From Bacteroidota bacterium (lineage in GTDB: Bacteria > Bacteroidota > Rhodothermia > Rhodothermales > UBA10348), in NCBI GenBank assembly GCA_022567305.1, contig JADFHF010000004.1, forward strand, positions 40,623 through 104,622: a stretch of 64,000 nucleotides of DNA, written 5' to 3'. The notes below the pieces were generated by a model. It saw only the letters and a list, made by a program, of their open reading frames with translations. It was not told where the DNA came from and made no database searches. Every line of letters begins with the position of its first letter. The stretch's first letter is position 1. The position numbers were made by a program, and so were the translations under genes. Positions 47,253 to 58,800 of the stretch are shown piece after piece.

Positions 47253-50200
47253 ATGCGAATTCGATCGGACCGGGATTTTTTTTGTAGAGCCGACCTCTAC
47301 ACGAACGCGGCCTTTTTCGTGGTGTGCCTAGTGGGCATATCCACTGTTTCGGCTCAGTCCATTCGAACCCGTATCATCTCCGACGACGGGCAATCGGCCT
47401 TGGTCGAGTTTAATTTCGAATGGCGGACTTCGCTCGAAGAAGCTATCGATTCCAGCGGCATACAAGCCTGGAATCAACTCACTCTGAAGAAATATTCTGC
47501 GGGTTTTGATGCAACTTCTCTAGTCCTAAAAGCCGGTTCTCTTGAACTACCGCGAGTCACGGTCGTGGAAAGGGAGTACGATGAAGTCGCCGTTGCCATT
47601 TCTCCGCAGACCGATTTCGCGAAGCGAGAAACGCCAGAGGTCGAGGCGGTCGGTCTGGGTACGCACCGGAAAGAACCCGTGGTTTCTCTTCTGGCCCGAC
47701 TCTATCAACTCGATGGAAATACCGGAGCGCTCCGGCGTTACCGACGACTGCGCGTTTCTGTAGAACGTCAGGCAGCCGTTCCCGTCCGGTTCCAGGTCGA
47801 CCCATCCGACAATCCGCATCTGCTCGTGAGTCAGAGTGTGCTTGCCAATGGGACGATCTTTAAAATTCGAATCAGGGAAGAAGGGATTTATCGAATCGAT
47901 CGGGGTCTTCTTACGGGGCTTGGACTGTTGCCAGACTCGATAGACCCGGATGACATTAAAATTTTCGGCAACGGTGGGGCGCCTGTTCCGGCATCCAATG
48001 AGGGGTTTCGGTACGCAGATCTGGTCGAAAATGCAGTTTTCTCGAACGGTGGCGGGGACGGTCGCTTCGACGAAGGCGATGAGATCCTTTTTTACGCGGC
48101 AGGTCCAAGAGGATGGGTCTATGCGGGAGGAGTATGGGTACACTATGTCCATCCATTCTCCAACGAAAATACGTACTTCCTGAAAATCAGCCAGGGTGCG
48201 GGTGCGAGACTCACCCCACTGCCGTTTCCCGGACTCACTGGCGCTACGCTGCATACATCCACGACGGGCAGATACGTGGAAGACATCGAAGAATTCATCT
48301 GGAGCCGGGAGCACGGCTCTGGACATGACTGGATGAGCCAGACGATTCGAGTGGGCGGTTCTCGGACGATTCTGGATGATGTGACCCTTCCTGGACTGCT
48401 TAGCGGGACGGTTAGATACCAGGCTCGGGCGGCTATTGCATCGAATCCGAGGGCCACAGTGGCCTTTCAGTCGAACGGGGTGAGTCTCGCCCAGATGACT
48501 GCACCGCAAATTATTGTCAACCGCTCGGAGTCTCCAACTGCTTCTGCCGGAGTGATTTCGTTCAACCAGGCAGTGACTGCTGGACAAATCCTGGATTTGA
48601 ACATGATCCTCCTGAATCAGGACAATGAGCCTCAAGCTGCGGTCGATTGGGTCCGATTGACGTATGACCAGGACCTGGTCGCCACGGACGACTTTCTAAG
48701 GTTCGCGACGGAGCCAGGCACGAGCGGTCCGCAATCGTATCAGCTTCGAGGATTCTCCGGGACACCCATGATCTGGGATGTTTCAGATCCTTCGTCGTAT
48801 TCCTGGTTGGGCGTATCCGTTGGAGGTGGGAACCACGAATTTCAAATCGATCCCATTAGCGATGCCCTGCCTCGCGAAATAATTGCATTCACACGCGCCT
48901 CAGCGACCACTCTGGTTACAGAGAATTTTTCGCCGATCTCAAACCAAGATCTCCACGGGGTATCCGGCTTCCCGGATCTAGTCATCGTTACACCCGAGGA
49001 GTTTCTCGACCCGGCTAATCGCCTGGCCGATCATCGTCGACAGGATGGCCTCGAAGTTCAAGTGGTTCTGATTGACCAAATCTACAATGAATTTTCAGGC
49101 GGCCTGCCTGATATGCGGGCGATTCGAGATTATTTTAAGTTTCTCTATGATCGTGCTCCCGATGAAGCCAGTCTATTTCGCTACGCGCTTCTCTTTGGAG
49201 ACGGGCACTATGATTTTCGGAATCTGTCGGGAGTCGAAAATCAACTGAATAATTGGATCTTTCCGTACGAAACGCCGGAGTCTCTAAATACCGATGCGAG
49301 CTTTACTTCGGATGACTATTTCGGACTTCTCGACGATGACGAGGGTGTATGGACCTATTCAGGATTTACCGCCATCAGCACCGAGCGAGTCGATATTGGA
49401 ATCGGCCGTTTTACAGTTCAGAGACGATCGCAAGCGGATCTGCTTGTGGACAAGGTCATTCAGTACGAAAGCCCCGAATCTTTTGGAGCGTGGCGCTCTC
49501 GATATATAGCGGTGGCCGATGACGGGCCGACTGGACTCGCCGGTATCCAGAACGACGCAGATCTCCATCTCCAGAATATCGATCAGGTTGTCGAACTGCT
49601 CCGCGTAGGTCGTTTTCCCAAACTCGATTTCGACAAGATCTATGCAGAGAGTTTTGATAGGGTTTTTCAGAACGGATTCCGGATTCCTGGCGCAGCGCAA
49701 GAGATAAACGGAGCCCTGAATGCGGGCGCGCTTGTGTTTAATTATAGCGGCCACGGTGGGCCCGATGGATTGGCTCAGGAAAAAATATTCACGAGGGAAG
49801 ACGCGGAGTTACTGATGAACGGAAACCGTCTTCCGCTCTTCATTACGGCCACGTGTTCATTCGGCTGGTGGGATCTCGAGAACGGAGAGAGTGGCGCTGA
49901 AGCCCTCTTGTTGAACGACTCGGGAGGGGCCATCGCGCTCTTTACCACGGTACGACTTGTTTACACCTCCGGAGACACGACGTCGCTTAACGCAGGCCTC
50001 AATCGTGCCCTCAATTTGGAGCTTTTTCGCCAGGACGATGAAGGAAAGCCCCGACGGCTGGGGGATGTCCTTCGGCTTACCAAGAACACGAATGTAGGCT
50101 TGCAAGGTAACAGCCGTAAATTAGGCCTGCTCGGCGATCCCTCGATGCGAATTGGCGTTCCTCGCAGCGACGTCCAGGTCGAGATGCTAAATGCAACGCC

Positions 50201-51269
50201 ACTGGGAACGACTACGGGCCAGCTGAAGGCACTTGATCTGGTTCAGATTTCCGGGCGCATTAATTACTCCGATGGTTCGGTAAACATCGGGTTCAATGGC
50301 ACCGCCAATGTGATCGTTTTTGATGCGGTTCGAAATGTCCCATTGCTTGAACAGGTGCGAATGCCCACTCCGTACTACCAGATCAGGGAAGATCTCATAT
50401 GGCGGGGAGACGTTGAGGTTCAGGCGGGACAGTTCACGGCTCAATTTGTGGTTCCGAAGGACATTTCCTATTCGAACGAACCTGGAAGGATTACCGTGTA
50501 CGCGGCTTCTGCGGATGTCGATGCACTGGGTTATTCCGAGAATTTTCTAGTGGGAGGGACTTCAGACAATCCGCCGAACGACCAGGTCGGCCCTGAAATC
50601 GAACTTTTCATTAATGACACTACGTTTGTCTCTGGCGGCCTCGTTCCGGCCGCTCCAGAGGTAATTGTCCGTCTTTTTGATCAAAGTGGTGTCAATACGG
50701 TGGGCGCTGGAGTTGGACACGAGATGCTTTTGGTGCTGGATGGGGATGAAAGCGCCGCTCAGGATATCTCAAGCGGGTTTGTTTCGGATAAAAATTCGTA
50801 TCAACGCGGTGAAGCCAGGTGGCCTTTGGGCGCGATTTCGCCGGGTCCTCACTCCCTAACGGTGCGCGCCTGGGACGTATTAAACAATTCTTCTTCTGCG
50901 GAAGTGCTGTTTACCGTGTCAGATGATGAGGTATTGACGATTACTAATGTGTATAACTACCCGAACCCTATGAATCGGGAAACCCGGTTCGTTTTCGATC
51001 ATAATCAGCCCACTGGTACCCCTGCAAGGGTTCAGATTAGGATTTACACCTTAAGTGGACGACCGATTCGGACGATCGATACGGAAGAATCGTTACCGGA
51101 AGGTGTTTTGACCGGTAGTTCACTGCAGATCGAATGGGATGGACGAGACGAAGATTTCGATCGTTTGGCAACCGGGATCTACTTGTATAAGTTGCGCGTC
51201 GAAGTCGAACATCCTGACGGTTCTGTTGAGGTAAGTGAACGAATAGAGAAATTGGCAATCATACGATAG
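47253..51269 (+). CDS. porU: type IX secretion system sortase PorU (C25/gingipain-like peptidase)
   Basis: 1338 aa with a signal peptide. NYSGHGG (catalytic His region) and ITATCSFG (catalytic Cys region) are present. The C-terminal beta-sandwich is CTD/FlgD-Ig-like (...YNYPNPMNRETRFVF...GIYLYKLRV...). It lies immediately upstream of porV. Confidence 0.85.
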   Translation: MRIRSDRDFFCRADLYTNAAFFVVCLVGISTVSAQSIRTRIISDDGQSALVEFNFEWRTSLEEAIDSSGIQAWNQLTLKKYSAGFDATSLVLKAGSLELPRVTVVEREYDEVAVAISPQTDFAKRETPEVEAVGLGTHRKEPVVSLLARLYQLDGNTGALRRYRRLRVSVERQAAVPVRFQVDPSDNPHLLVSQSVLANGTIFKIRIREEGIYRIDRGLLTGLGLLPDSIDPDDIKIFGNGGAPVPASNEGFRYADLVENAVFSNGGGDGRFDEGDEILFYAAGPRGWVYAGGVWVHYVHPFSNENTYFLKISQGAGARLTPLPFPGLTGATLHTSTTGRYVEDIEEFIWSREHGSGHDWMSQTIRVGGSRTILDDVTLPGLLSGTVRYQARAAIASNPRATVAFQSNGVSLAQMTAPQIIVNRSESPTASAGVISFNQAVTAGQILDLNMILLNQDNEPQAAVDWVRLTYDQDLVATDDFLRFATEPGTSGPQSYQLRGFSGTPMIWDVSDPSSYSWLGVSVGGGNHEFQIDPISDALPREIIAFTRASATTLVTENFSPISNQDLHGVSGFPDLVIVTPEEFLDPANRLADHRRQDGLEVQVVLIDQIYNEFSGGLPDMRAIRDYFKFLYDRAPDEASLFRYALLFGDGHYDFRNLSGVENQLNNWIFPYETPESLNTDASFTSDDYFGLLDDDEGVWTYSGFTAISTERVDIGIGRFTVQRRSQADLLVDKVIQYESPESFGAWRSRYIAVADDGPTGLAGIQNDADLHLQNIDQVVELLRVGRFPKLDFDKIYAESFDRVFQNGFRIPGAAQEINGALNAGALVFNYSGHGGPDGLAQEKIFTREDAELLMNGNRLPLFITATCSFGWWDLENGESGAEALLLNDSGGAIALFTTVRLVYTSGDTTSLNAGLNRALNLELFRQDDEGKPRRLGDVLRLTKNTNVGLQGNSRKLGLLGDPSMRIGVPRSDVQVEMLNATPLGTTTGQLKALDLVQISGRINYSDGSVNIGFNGTANVIVFDAVRNVPLLEQVRMPTPYYQIREDLIWRGDVEVQAGQFTAQFVVPKDISYSNEPGRITVYAASADVDALGYSENFLVGGTSDNPPNDQVGPEIELFINDTTFVSGGLVPAAPEVIVRLFDQSGVNTVGAGVGHEMLLVLDGDESAAQDISSGFVSDKNSYQRGEARWPLGAISPGPHSLTVRAWDVLNNSSSAEVLFTVSDDEVLTITNVYNYPNPMNRETRFVFDHNQPTGTPARVQIRIYTLSGRPIRTIDTEESLPEGVLTGSSLQIEWDGRDEDFDRLATGIYLYKLRVEVEHPDGSVEVSERIEKLAIIR

Positions 51270-51422
51270 TTAAGTGATATAGCTCGATCCGCTACAGCGA
51301 TACGAACACGATTAACGAGAGATCTTGTACCTGGCGAATTACCTCGTTAGGGTCTCCCGACATACTTAACTTCTTCAATGATTGTCATGCATTTGTCTAT
51401 TTTAGAGCGATATCAAGGGTTT

Positions 51423-52595
51423 ATGAAACGCCCAGAAAAAATCAACCGGTCGATCTACGGGATCGCACTAGTACTCATTTTTGCCCTGTCCGCTCCGGTC
51501 GTTGGGACCGTTGTCGCTCAGGGAGGACCTGGATCGGCGGCCGTAGTCTTTCTGAAAATTGAGCCGGATAGCCGGGCAGCAGGAATGGGAAATGCCGGAG
51601 TGGCCCTCGCTGACAATGCCAGCGCGATTTTCTGGAATCCAGCCGGATTGGCGTTTCAAACGGGAACGGAAGCAGCCATCACACACTCCGAGTGGCTACC
51701 TGAGTTCGACGCCGGTCTCTATTACGAATATTTGGTTGCGAAGCATCATCTTCCGGGATGGGGAACGATCGGTGCTCATCTTACCTATCTCAATCTGGGT
51801 AAGCACGAAGGCCGAGACGAGCAAAACAATCCCACTGGCACGTTTAATTCTTACGACATGGCGTTGGGGCTTTCGTATGGCTTTAAAGTGACCAAACGAT
51901 TCGCTCTAGGTACAAGTTTGAGATTTATCTACTCCAATCTGGCACCGGGCCAGATCGTCGGCGCACAGAAAACGAAGGCCGGTGTTTCCACGGCGTTCGA
52001 TCTTGCGGGTTTGTACAGAATGAAACCTTTCAATTTGGGGAATGCGTTGGGCTCCCTTTCTCTCGGATTCAACCTTGCAAACATGGGTCCGAAGATTCAG
52101 TATTCCGACAACGCACAGGCCGATCCAATTCCGACTAATTTCAGATTCGGATGGGCCTTCACGATTGATTTCGATGAGTACAATTCACTGACGTGGGTAA
52201 CGGACTTCAACAAGGATCTGATTCACTCCTCTCGAAATGATTCGACCGGAGTTAAGTATGATCCGTTCTACCGGGCCATCTTCTCGTCGTGGACGTCATT
52301 CCAGGTGCCCAATGGCCCGATCGGTGACGAGGATACGACTTTTGATACTGTTTCCGTTCTGGAACAGCTTACGATTGGAACCGGAATCGAGTATTGGTAC
52401 GATCAGCTGTTGGCTCTGCGGGCCGGGTACTTTTACGAGAATCCGAATAACGGTAATCGACAGTTCCTCACGCTTGGAGCCGGTGTCCGATACAATATCA
52501 TCGGCGTCGACTTCTCCTATATCTATGCGCTCGAAGAGGAATCGCCCCTAGCAGGAACCATGAGATTCTCGCTCCTACTGAACTTTACCAGGTAG
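51423..52595 (+). CDS. porV: T9SS outer-membrane shuttle/channel protein PorV (LptO)
   Basis: Start taken at MKRPEKINRS (signal peptide). AAVVFLKIEPDSRAAGMGNAGVALADNASAIFWNPAGLAF is the PorV signature block. The composition is beta-barrel-like. Confidence 0.85.
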   Translation: MKRPEKINRSIYGIALVLIFALSAPVVGTVVAQGGPGSAAVVFLKIEPDSRAAGMGNAGVALADNASAIFWNPAGLAFQTGTEAAITHSEWLPEFDAGLYYEYLVAKHHLPGWGTIGAHLTYLNLGKHEGRDEQNNPTGTFNSYDMALGLSYGFKVTKRFALGTSLRFIYSNLAPGQIVGAQKTKAGVSTAFDLAGLYRMKPFNLGNALGSLSLGFNLANMGPKIQYSDNAQADPIPTNFRFGWAFTIDFDEYNSLTWVTDFNKDLIHSSRNDSTGVKYDPFYRAIFSSWTSFQVPNGPIGDEDTTFDTVSVLEQLTIGTGIEYWYDQLLALRAGYFYENPNNGNRQFLTLGAGVRYNIIGVDFSYIYALEEESPLAGTMRFSLLLNFTR

Positions 52596-52695
52596 GACCG
52601 ACGGAGTACCTTTCAATCGGTTCCGCTTCATCGTTTCAGGGACCGCTTGGGGAATCTCGGTATGACAGGGCATTCTGTATGAAAGGGCTTCTCGT

Positions 52696-55600
52696 ATGAA
52701 GGGATTGCGGGTTGATCGCCAATTCCCTGTGAACGGATATTTCACTTCGTGTATCATCGCCTCGCTCGCGCTCTTGTCGGTGCCGGTCACGGGACAGGAT
52801 CGCTCCGTTGGTTTTCACAAGGGACTAACCACAGAGATATCAATTCTTCAGCGTCCGGCCGAATCCCGGTACGACGTCGTCGCACTGCGGGTCGAATTTC
52901 AGCCCGATTCGACCGATTTTACAACAGGAGACGGTACGTTTGGCGGTCGGCTGTTCGAAGACATCGACGCAGAATCGCTCTCCGGATCGTTTGCAGCAAC
53001 GCTCGAACCAACGCTGGATCCGCTACCGCACGATTCGGCCTATTTCGATGCCCACCTCCAGTTTCTGGAGAATTATATCGAAAGCGTTTCGGATGGACGC
53101 ACGACGGTCAGTACGTATCTGATCCCGGTTGTCGTCCAGGTATCCGGGAAAATGGGCGAGTATGCCCCGATTGGATTCAATGCGAGTTCGGACACCGAAC
53201 TTCAAAAACTGGCCGGATTTGTCAAAGAAGCCTGGACCCTGGCCAGCCAGCTCGATTCATTTGATCTTCCGCCAGACCTGGACCCGGAGCGAACGGCATT
53301 CGTGATTTTTCACGCGGGTGTGGGTCGGGACGTCGAGTTAACGGGGACCACGTTGGATAAGACGCCAGAGGATTTGCCTTCACTTTTCTTCAGCCCCGAG
53401 ACGTTCGATCGGCTTCTGGGTACATGGGTCGTCTCGGTCGACGGGGTTCCCGTGACGAATACCATGCTCATTCCCCGGACGGAAACGCGCCGAGGATTTA
53501 ATTTTATACTGGATGAGCCTTTTCTGGCTGAGTTTTCGATCAACGGCATGCTGGCCGCCAATTTTCTCAGCTTTCTGGGCGTTCCCGATTTATTTGACAC
53601 GGCGACCGGCGAAAGTGCGATTGGTCCGTTCGGAGTGATGGACGGTCTCGGGATATTCGCCTACGGCGGGCTACTGCCACCCGAGCCTTCCGCCTGGACG
53701 AAGGTTTATTTGGATTGGGCGGATCTGATTTTCCCCGATGGGGCTGTCGAGCAGAGCATCTCTTTGCGTCATATGGGATCGGTGGAATCAAACGATGTAT
53801 TCGTCGCGCCCGTATCCGAAGGAGAATATTTTCTGGTCGAGAATCGGAATCGGGATCCCGAAGACGACGGAATCAACCTGCGCGTCTGGCGAGACGGTGA
53901 AACGCAAGACGTACACTTCGATAACGGAGCTGACGACTTCAACAGTCTCTCGCGGCGCGGATATCCAGGGGGCGTAGTCATCGATGCGGACAATTTCGAT
54001 TTCGCGCTTCCGGGCGGAAGAGATGATATTGGGAACGTGCTGGTGGGTGGGGCGCTCATCTGGCATGTGGACGAGAGAAGACTCGAGGCCGGGATACGTT
54101 CAAATTCCGTGAATGCAAATCCGGACCGCCGTGCCATTGACCTTGAAGAAGCAGATGGAGGCCAGGACCTGGGAGAGCCCAGCCTCGGCATTTTTGGACC
54201 TGCATTCGAACAAGGATCGCCGTTTGATTTTTTCTATGCCGGCAATCCAACCGTCGTTGTTACGCCTGCCGGATCCGAAATTCGTCTCTACCAGAACCGG
54301 TTTGGCCCGGAAACTTTTCCGAACAGCGACTCGAACGCGGGTGGAAACAGCTTCGTCGAACTCTCCGCGTTTTCGTTGCCCGGGCCGGAGATGGAGCTTA
54401 CCTATCGCCGAGTGGGCGCAGACGGTATTGAGCAGCGTGCCGATCTGGCTTTTTCATTTGATCTCGACGACCGTGACAGGGCATCGGGTGGCGCGTTAAA
54501 GCACATCGGCGGAGAAGGCGTAGACATCGCGGGATTTTTCGTCGACAACAGCGGTACTGCTTCGCTGCAATGGGCGAAGTCCGGACAGGTTATGGGTTCG
54601 TATTCTCCGTTGTTGCCTGCGGTACCAGCAGTCACGAATTCACGCGTGATTGCCCTGGGGCCACACAATTTCTGGGAGCTCTTGCCGAACGGAGTCCTGC
54701 AGGTAACGGCAGGGCTTCCTTCATCGCTGCAGATCACGGACGTGACGACCCCGGTCGTTGCAACGTTAGACGACACGTATATGGTAGGAGCGGTCGATGC
54801 TTCGGGGCCCTTTCTACTCTCAGCGCAATACGGCTCCATTCGCGTCGATCGATTTCAGGAGCGCCTTATTTCACTTGCTGTTGTAGAAGGGCTACAGCCA
54901 GTGCATGTCTTTCCTACGCATGCTGAAATTCCAAATTTGTTGAAGCGCTGGACGTTTGACGAGATACCCGAACAGGGTCCGCTCTATGCCGCGTTTGCCA
55001 CAAATGATCGCGGAATTACGGGTGTTGTCCCGGATCCGCAGAATTCGAGACTGATCATCCTACACAACCTGGGCACAACACTCGAAGTGAGCGTGAACGC
55101 CTATGAAGAGATCGGAGTGTCGGGAACGTTGAATCGGTATCCAATGATCGTGGATCTCGATGAAGACTCACGTCCAGATATTCTAGCGGTGGTTGGAAAA
55201 ACGCTGGTCGCCTTTAACCAGGAAGGAGCTGTTGTCAACCGATTTCCGATCGAGTTGCGCGCGGAAACAACGACTCAGCCCCTGGTGGTCCGGTTTGAAG
55301 GGGACGGCGCCCCTGTGATATTGATCGCGGCAGTTGATGGACGCATCGATGCATACGATCTGGGTATTCGGAACCACCGCGTTCCGGGATTTCCTCTATC
55401 TGTAGGTAGTGAGCTGGATGTCACGCCACATATGGATGGCACGTCGTTGTACGCCCTGTCAAGCACTGGAGCGGTCAATCAATGGGATTTCGCCGTGGTG
55501 GATGAAATCGTCTGGGGGGAATTGTTCAGTACTGGAAATCGAAGCTTTACACAGTTGCCGGGGATTCCATTCCCGCCAACAGGAGAACGCGATAGGCTCG

Positions 55601-55890
55601 AAGAAATGGCGAGGATCAACGAGACCTACAACTGGCCCAATCCCATCCGGGATGGCGTGACCTGGATACGTTTCAAGCCGGATTCGATCAGCGACGTCGA
55701 AATCACGATCGTAGACATGACCGGTCAACACATTGAAATCCTTGAAATGAAAGGCGCACCGGCAGCTGTTTCATCCGAAATACAGTGGCGGCCAAGTGTC
55801 GGGAGCGGTGTGTATCTGGCACGAGTTCAATTGACGGACGACGGAGGACGAGTCCGGACCCACCTGATCAAAATGGCCGTGATTAGATGA
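52696..55890 (+). CDS. large secreted M6 (immune-inhibitor-A)-like protein lacking HExxH, with a propeller-like region and a T9SS C-terminal sorting domain
   Basis: Has a signal peptide. M6-like blocks GVPDLFD, EGEYFLVENRNRD, GGALIWHVDE and DLEEADGGQDL are present. The expected HExxH position reads NGMLAANFLSF. FG-GAP/propeller-like repeats follow (...VDLDEDSRPDILAV...). The C-terminus ...YNWPNPIRDG...GVYLARV...KMAVIR is T9SS-CTD-like. Confidence 0.55.
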   Translation: MKGLRVDRQFPVNGYFTSCIIASLALLSVPVTGQDRSVGFHKGLTTEISILQRPAESRYDVVALRVEFQPDSTDFTTGDGTFGGRLFEDIDAESLSGSFAATLEPTLDPLPHDSAYFDAHLQFLENYIESVSDGRTTVSTYLIPVVVQVSGKMGEYAPIGFNASSDTELQKLAGFVKEAWTLASQLDSFDLPPDLDPERTAFVIFHAGVGRDVELTGTTLDKTPEDLPSLFFSPETFDRLLGTWVVSVDGVPVTNTMLIPRTETRRGFNFILDEPFLAEFSINGMLAANFLSFLGVPDLFDTATGESAIGPFGVMDGLGIFAYGGLLPPEPSAWTKVYLDWADLIFPDGAVEQSISLRHMGSVESNDVFVAPVSEGEYFLVENRNRDPEDDGINLRVWRDGETQDVHFDNGADDFNSLSRRGYPGGVVIDADNFDFALPGGRDDIGNVLVGGALIWHVDERRLEAGIRSNSVNANPDRRAIDLEEADGGQDLGEPSLGIFGPAFEQGSPFDFFYAGNPTVVVTPAGSEIRLYQNRFGPETFPNSDSNAGGNSFVELSAFSLPGPEMELTYRRVGADGIEQRADLAFSFDLDDRDRASGGALKHIGGEGVDIAGFFVDNSGTASLQWAKSGQVMGSYSPLLPAVPAVTNSRVIALGPHNFWELLPNGVLQVTAGLPSSLQITDVTTPVVATLDDTYMVGAVDASGPFLLSAQYGSIRVDRFQERLISLAVVEGLQPVHVFPTHAEIPNLLKRWTFDEIPEQGPLYAAFATNDRGITGVVPDPQNSRLIILHNLGTTLEVSVNAYEEIGVSGTLNRYPMIVDLDEDSRPDILAVVGKTLVAFNQEGAVVNRFPIELRAETTTQPLVVRFEGDGAPVILIAAVDGRIDAYDLGIRNHRVPGFPLSVGSELDVTPHMDGTSLYALSSTGAVNQWDFAVVDEIVWGELFSTGNRSFTQLPGIPFPPTGERDRLEEMARINETYNWPNPIRDGVTWIRFKPDSISDVEITIVDMTGQHIEILEMKGAPAAVSSEIQWRPSVGSGVYLARVQLTDDGGRVRTHLIKMAVIR

Positions 55891-58800
55891 GGCCTAGCGC
55901 ACTCCAAAATATCGCCTGGAAGGCTCTCAGGTCCCTCTCTGTGGCCTGCTTGCTGGTATTCGCGGGCCCGACCCGTGCCCAGGTCTCCCCGGCATTTTAC
56001 GATTACGTGAGAAGCGATCTAGACTGGTATACGATCGAAACGGAACATTTCCTCATTCATTTTCACGCCGATGAAAGCGGGTTGGGAAGTAATCGATCGG
56101 CCCGTGTCGTCTCTCAGATCGCCGAGGACATCTACGCCCCAATCACATCCCTTTATAATTATGAGCCGGATACGAAAGTTTCTTTTGTACTGAAGGACTT
56201 TGAAGACTACTCCAATGGAGCGGCCTACTTTTTCGACAATATCATCGAGATTTGGGCGCCGGCCCTGGATACCCCGTTCCGAGGAAGTCACCACTGGCTC
56301 AGAAACGTGATCACGCACGAATTCACGCACATGGTGCAGGTTCAGAAATCGATGAAAGGCTCGCGCCGCGTCCCGTTTTACTACCTGCAGCTCCTGGATT
56401 ACGAAGAGGTTCGCCGTCCGGATGTTCTCTACGGATATCCCAATGTGATTGCCACGTACCCCATTCCCATCCTGAATAATCCGGCATGGCTGGCAGAAGG
56501 AACAGCTCAGTACCAGCGCCACTGGATGGACTACGATCATTGGGATACCCACCGTGATATGCTCCTCAGAACGCGGATTCTTGCCGGCAAAGAGCTTTCA
56601 CTCGCGGATATGGGCGGATTCTATTCGCATACCAGCCTGATGCGCGAGGGCGTGTACAATCAGGGCTTTGCCTTTACGACATACATCGCAAACCGATTCG
56701 GCGAGGAAGCGCTGAATTCGGTCACGGAGCAACTTGGAAAGTGGAGCAACTGGAATTTCGAGTCCGCAGCCAAAGACGCGTTGGGTATCGCTGGGGACCA
56801 GCTCTACGAAGAATGGATTACATCACTTCGAAGGGCATATTTGGCTGGGACCGAGGAAATCAGGAGTCAAGCGTCGTCGGGATCCGTTCTGATCGAGGAG
56901 GGCTTTAGCAATTTCTATCCCAGATTTTCGCCGGATGGCGCCAAGATTGCGTACCTGTCAAACCGGGGAGAGGACTATAGTCGAACTCGAATTCACCTGC
57001 TGGATCTTGATGCGCGCAGCGAAACCGTTCTTGAACTTCCAGGCGCGAATCGGCCCATCACGTCAGGCCTAACCTGCTCGTTCGGGTATGCCCTAACCAA
57101 ACCGGCGACCGGCGCCATTGACTGGCACCCGGATGGAAATTCGATCGTCTACGCGCGTATCCGGGATACCGAGTTCGGGCACCTATACTCCGATCTGTAT
57201 TCGATCGAGATTTCAACCAAAACCGAAACGCGCCTGACTAGTGAGCTTCGAGCGCGTTCTCCGTCGTACAGCCCGGACGGTTCAACGATTGCCTTTGTCG
57301 GCGAACGCGATGGTTCGGCAAACCTCTTTTTGCTTGATGTGAAAACCAAAAACGTGTCGCCCGTCACTAGGTATCAAGACGGTACCCAGATCAGTGAGCC
57401 CGCCTGGCACCCGGAAGGTGACTGGATCTACTTTGGTTGGGCAAGGGATGGGACGAGGGACATTTTTAGGATTCGATCGAATGGCGAGGAAATGGAGTCG
57501 GTAGTCGCCGACCCGGCAGCGGATGACCGCTCGCCCGCATTTGACAAAGACAACGTGCTCTATTTCTCATCGGATCGGACGGGCATCTATAATTTGTATC
57601 GGAATTCGGGAAAGGTCGAGCCTACAGAGCAACTGACGAATGAACTGGGCGGCGCATTCACGCCACATCTTTCGCATACAGGGCACGTAGTGTATGCTCG
57701 ATATGAGGCCACGGGGTATCAAATCGCGCTTCTCACTGATCCTAGTGACCTTCCCGCTGCATCACGTGGGATAGCGTATTCACCACCCGCGACCACAAAA
57801 AAGATCGATTCAAGCCCACCTGAGGGTCTTCACGTGGATCCCATCGACTTCGACTCAGGAATCCGTCCGTTTCCCGCGAGCAGTTTTGAGCACAGCGCCG
57901 AGTTGCGACCGTACGATGATGTTTTCACCTCGTTCAGTTTCCTGCCTGTTCTCCGCCTCGACCAGTACGTCTCTCGTCAACGCAGTCGAACCGAAGTTCG
58001 CCTGAAGGATCGATCCCGCGCCGAAACTCTCTGGCGAAACCTGAAATTTGGTATGTATACGACTTCGAGAGAAATCCTGGGCGGATTGAGCATGTTCGGG
58101 GGCGTACTGATTGCTCCAGGGTCAACGTCGCCCGGGTCGCTCGGCGACTTCTTTAATCCGAGCAATCTGTTGGATTTGGAACGCGATCTGTTTCTACAAT
58201 TTGATTATAACAAAGGGATCGGACTGGTGAAGGCCCGATGGTCACCCCAGATTTCGCTCGAGCTATTCAATATTCGACGTAATGTTGAGAAGGGCCTGGC
58301 CATCGACGAGTTTCCTTGCACGGCGTGTTATCCCGATACGACGCTTGTCGATCTCTCCTACAACCTGTGGGAGGTCAATCTGTCAGCAAGAAGTAAAATC
58401 AATCGTTCGTTGCTGATTGAAGCTGGATACCGATACAGCCCGTATCAGGTCACCACCGAACGCTTTTTTTCGAAAGAGCTTCGTGGAGCTGTGCCGGAAT
58501 CATCGTCGAAATACTTTATTGGTCACGGGCCTCGCATCAAGGCCTATTTTGAGTCATTTCATTCGTATCGGGACGCGGACGTCGTACCCCACGGGCTGCG
58601 CGTAGAGGCAGGGTTCGAACTGGAACAGGGTAAATTGCTCGAGCGATTTACGATAGAAAACGGATTCCTGAGGCCGATCTATGAGAAATCGCAGATTTTT
58701 AGATATACGTTTGATGGTCGTGTGGGGTATCGGATAACCGAATCCGGGCACGGTCGTGGTGCACTGGGTGTGGGGTTTCGATTCAAGCACAGCTCGATCC

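Noticed and set aside
47547-48635. 362-aa minus-strand ORF inside porU
   Set aside because: It is antisense to a strongly supported 1338-aa PorU gene. It is Arg-rich with no domain features, which is typical of a shadow ORF.
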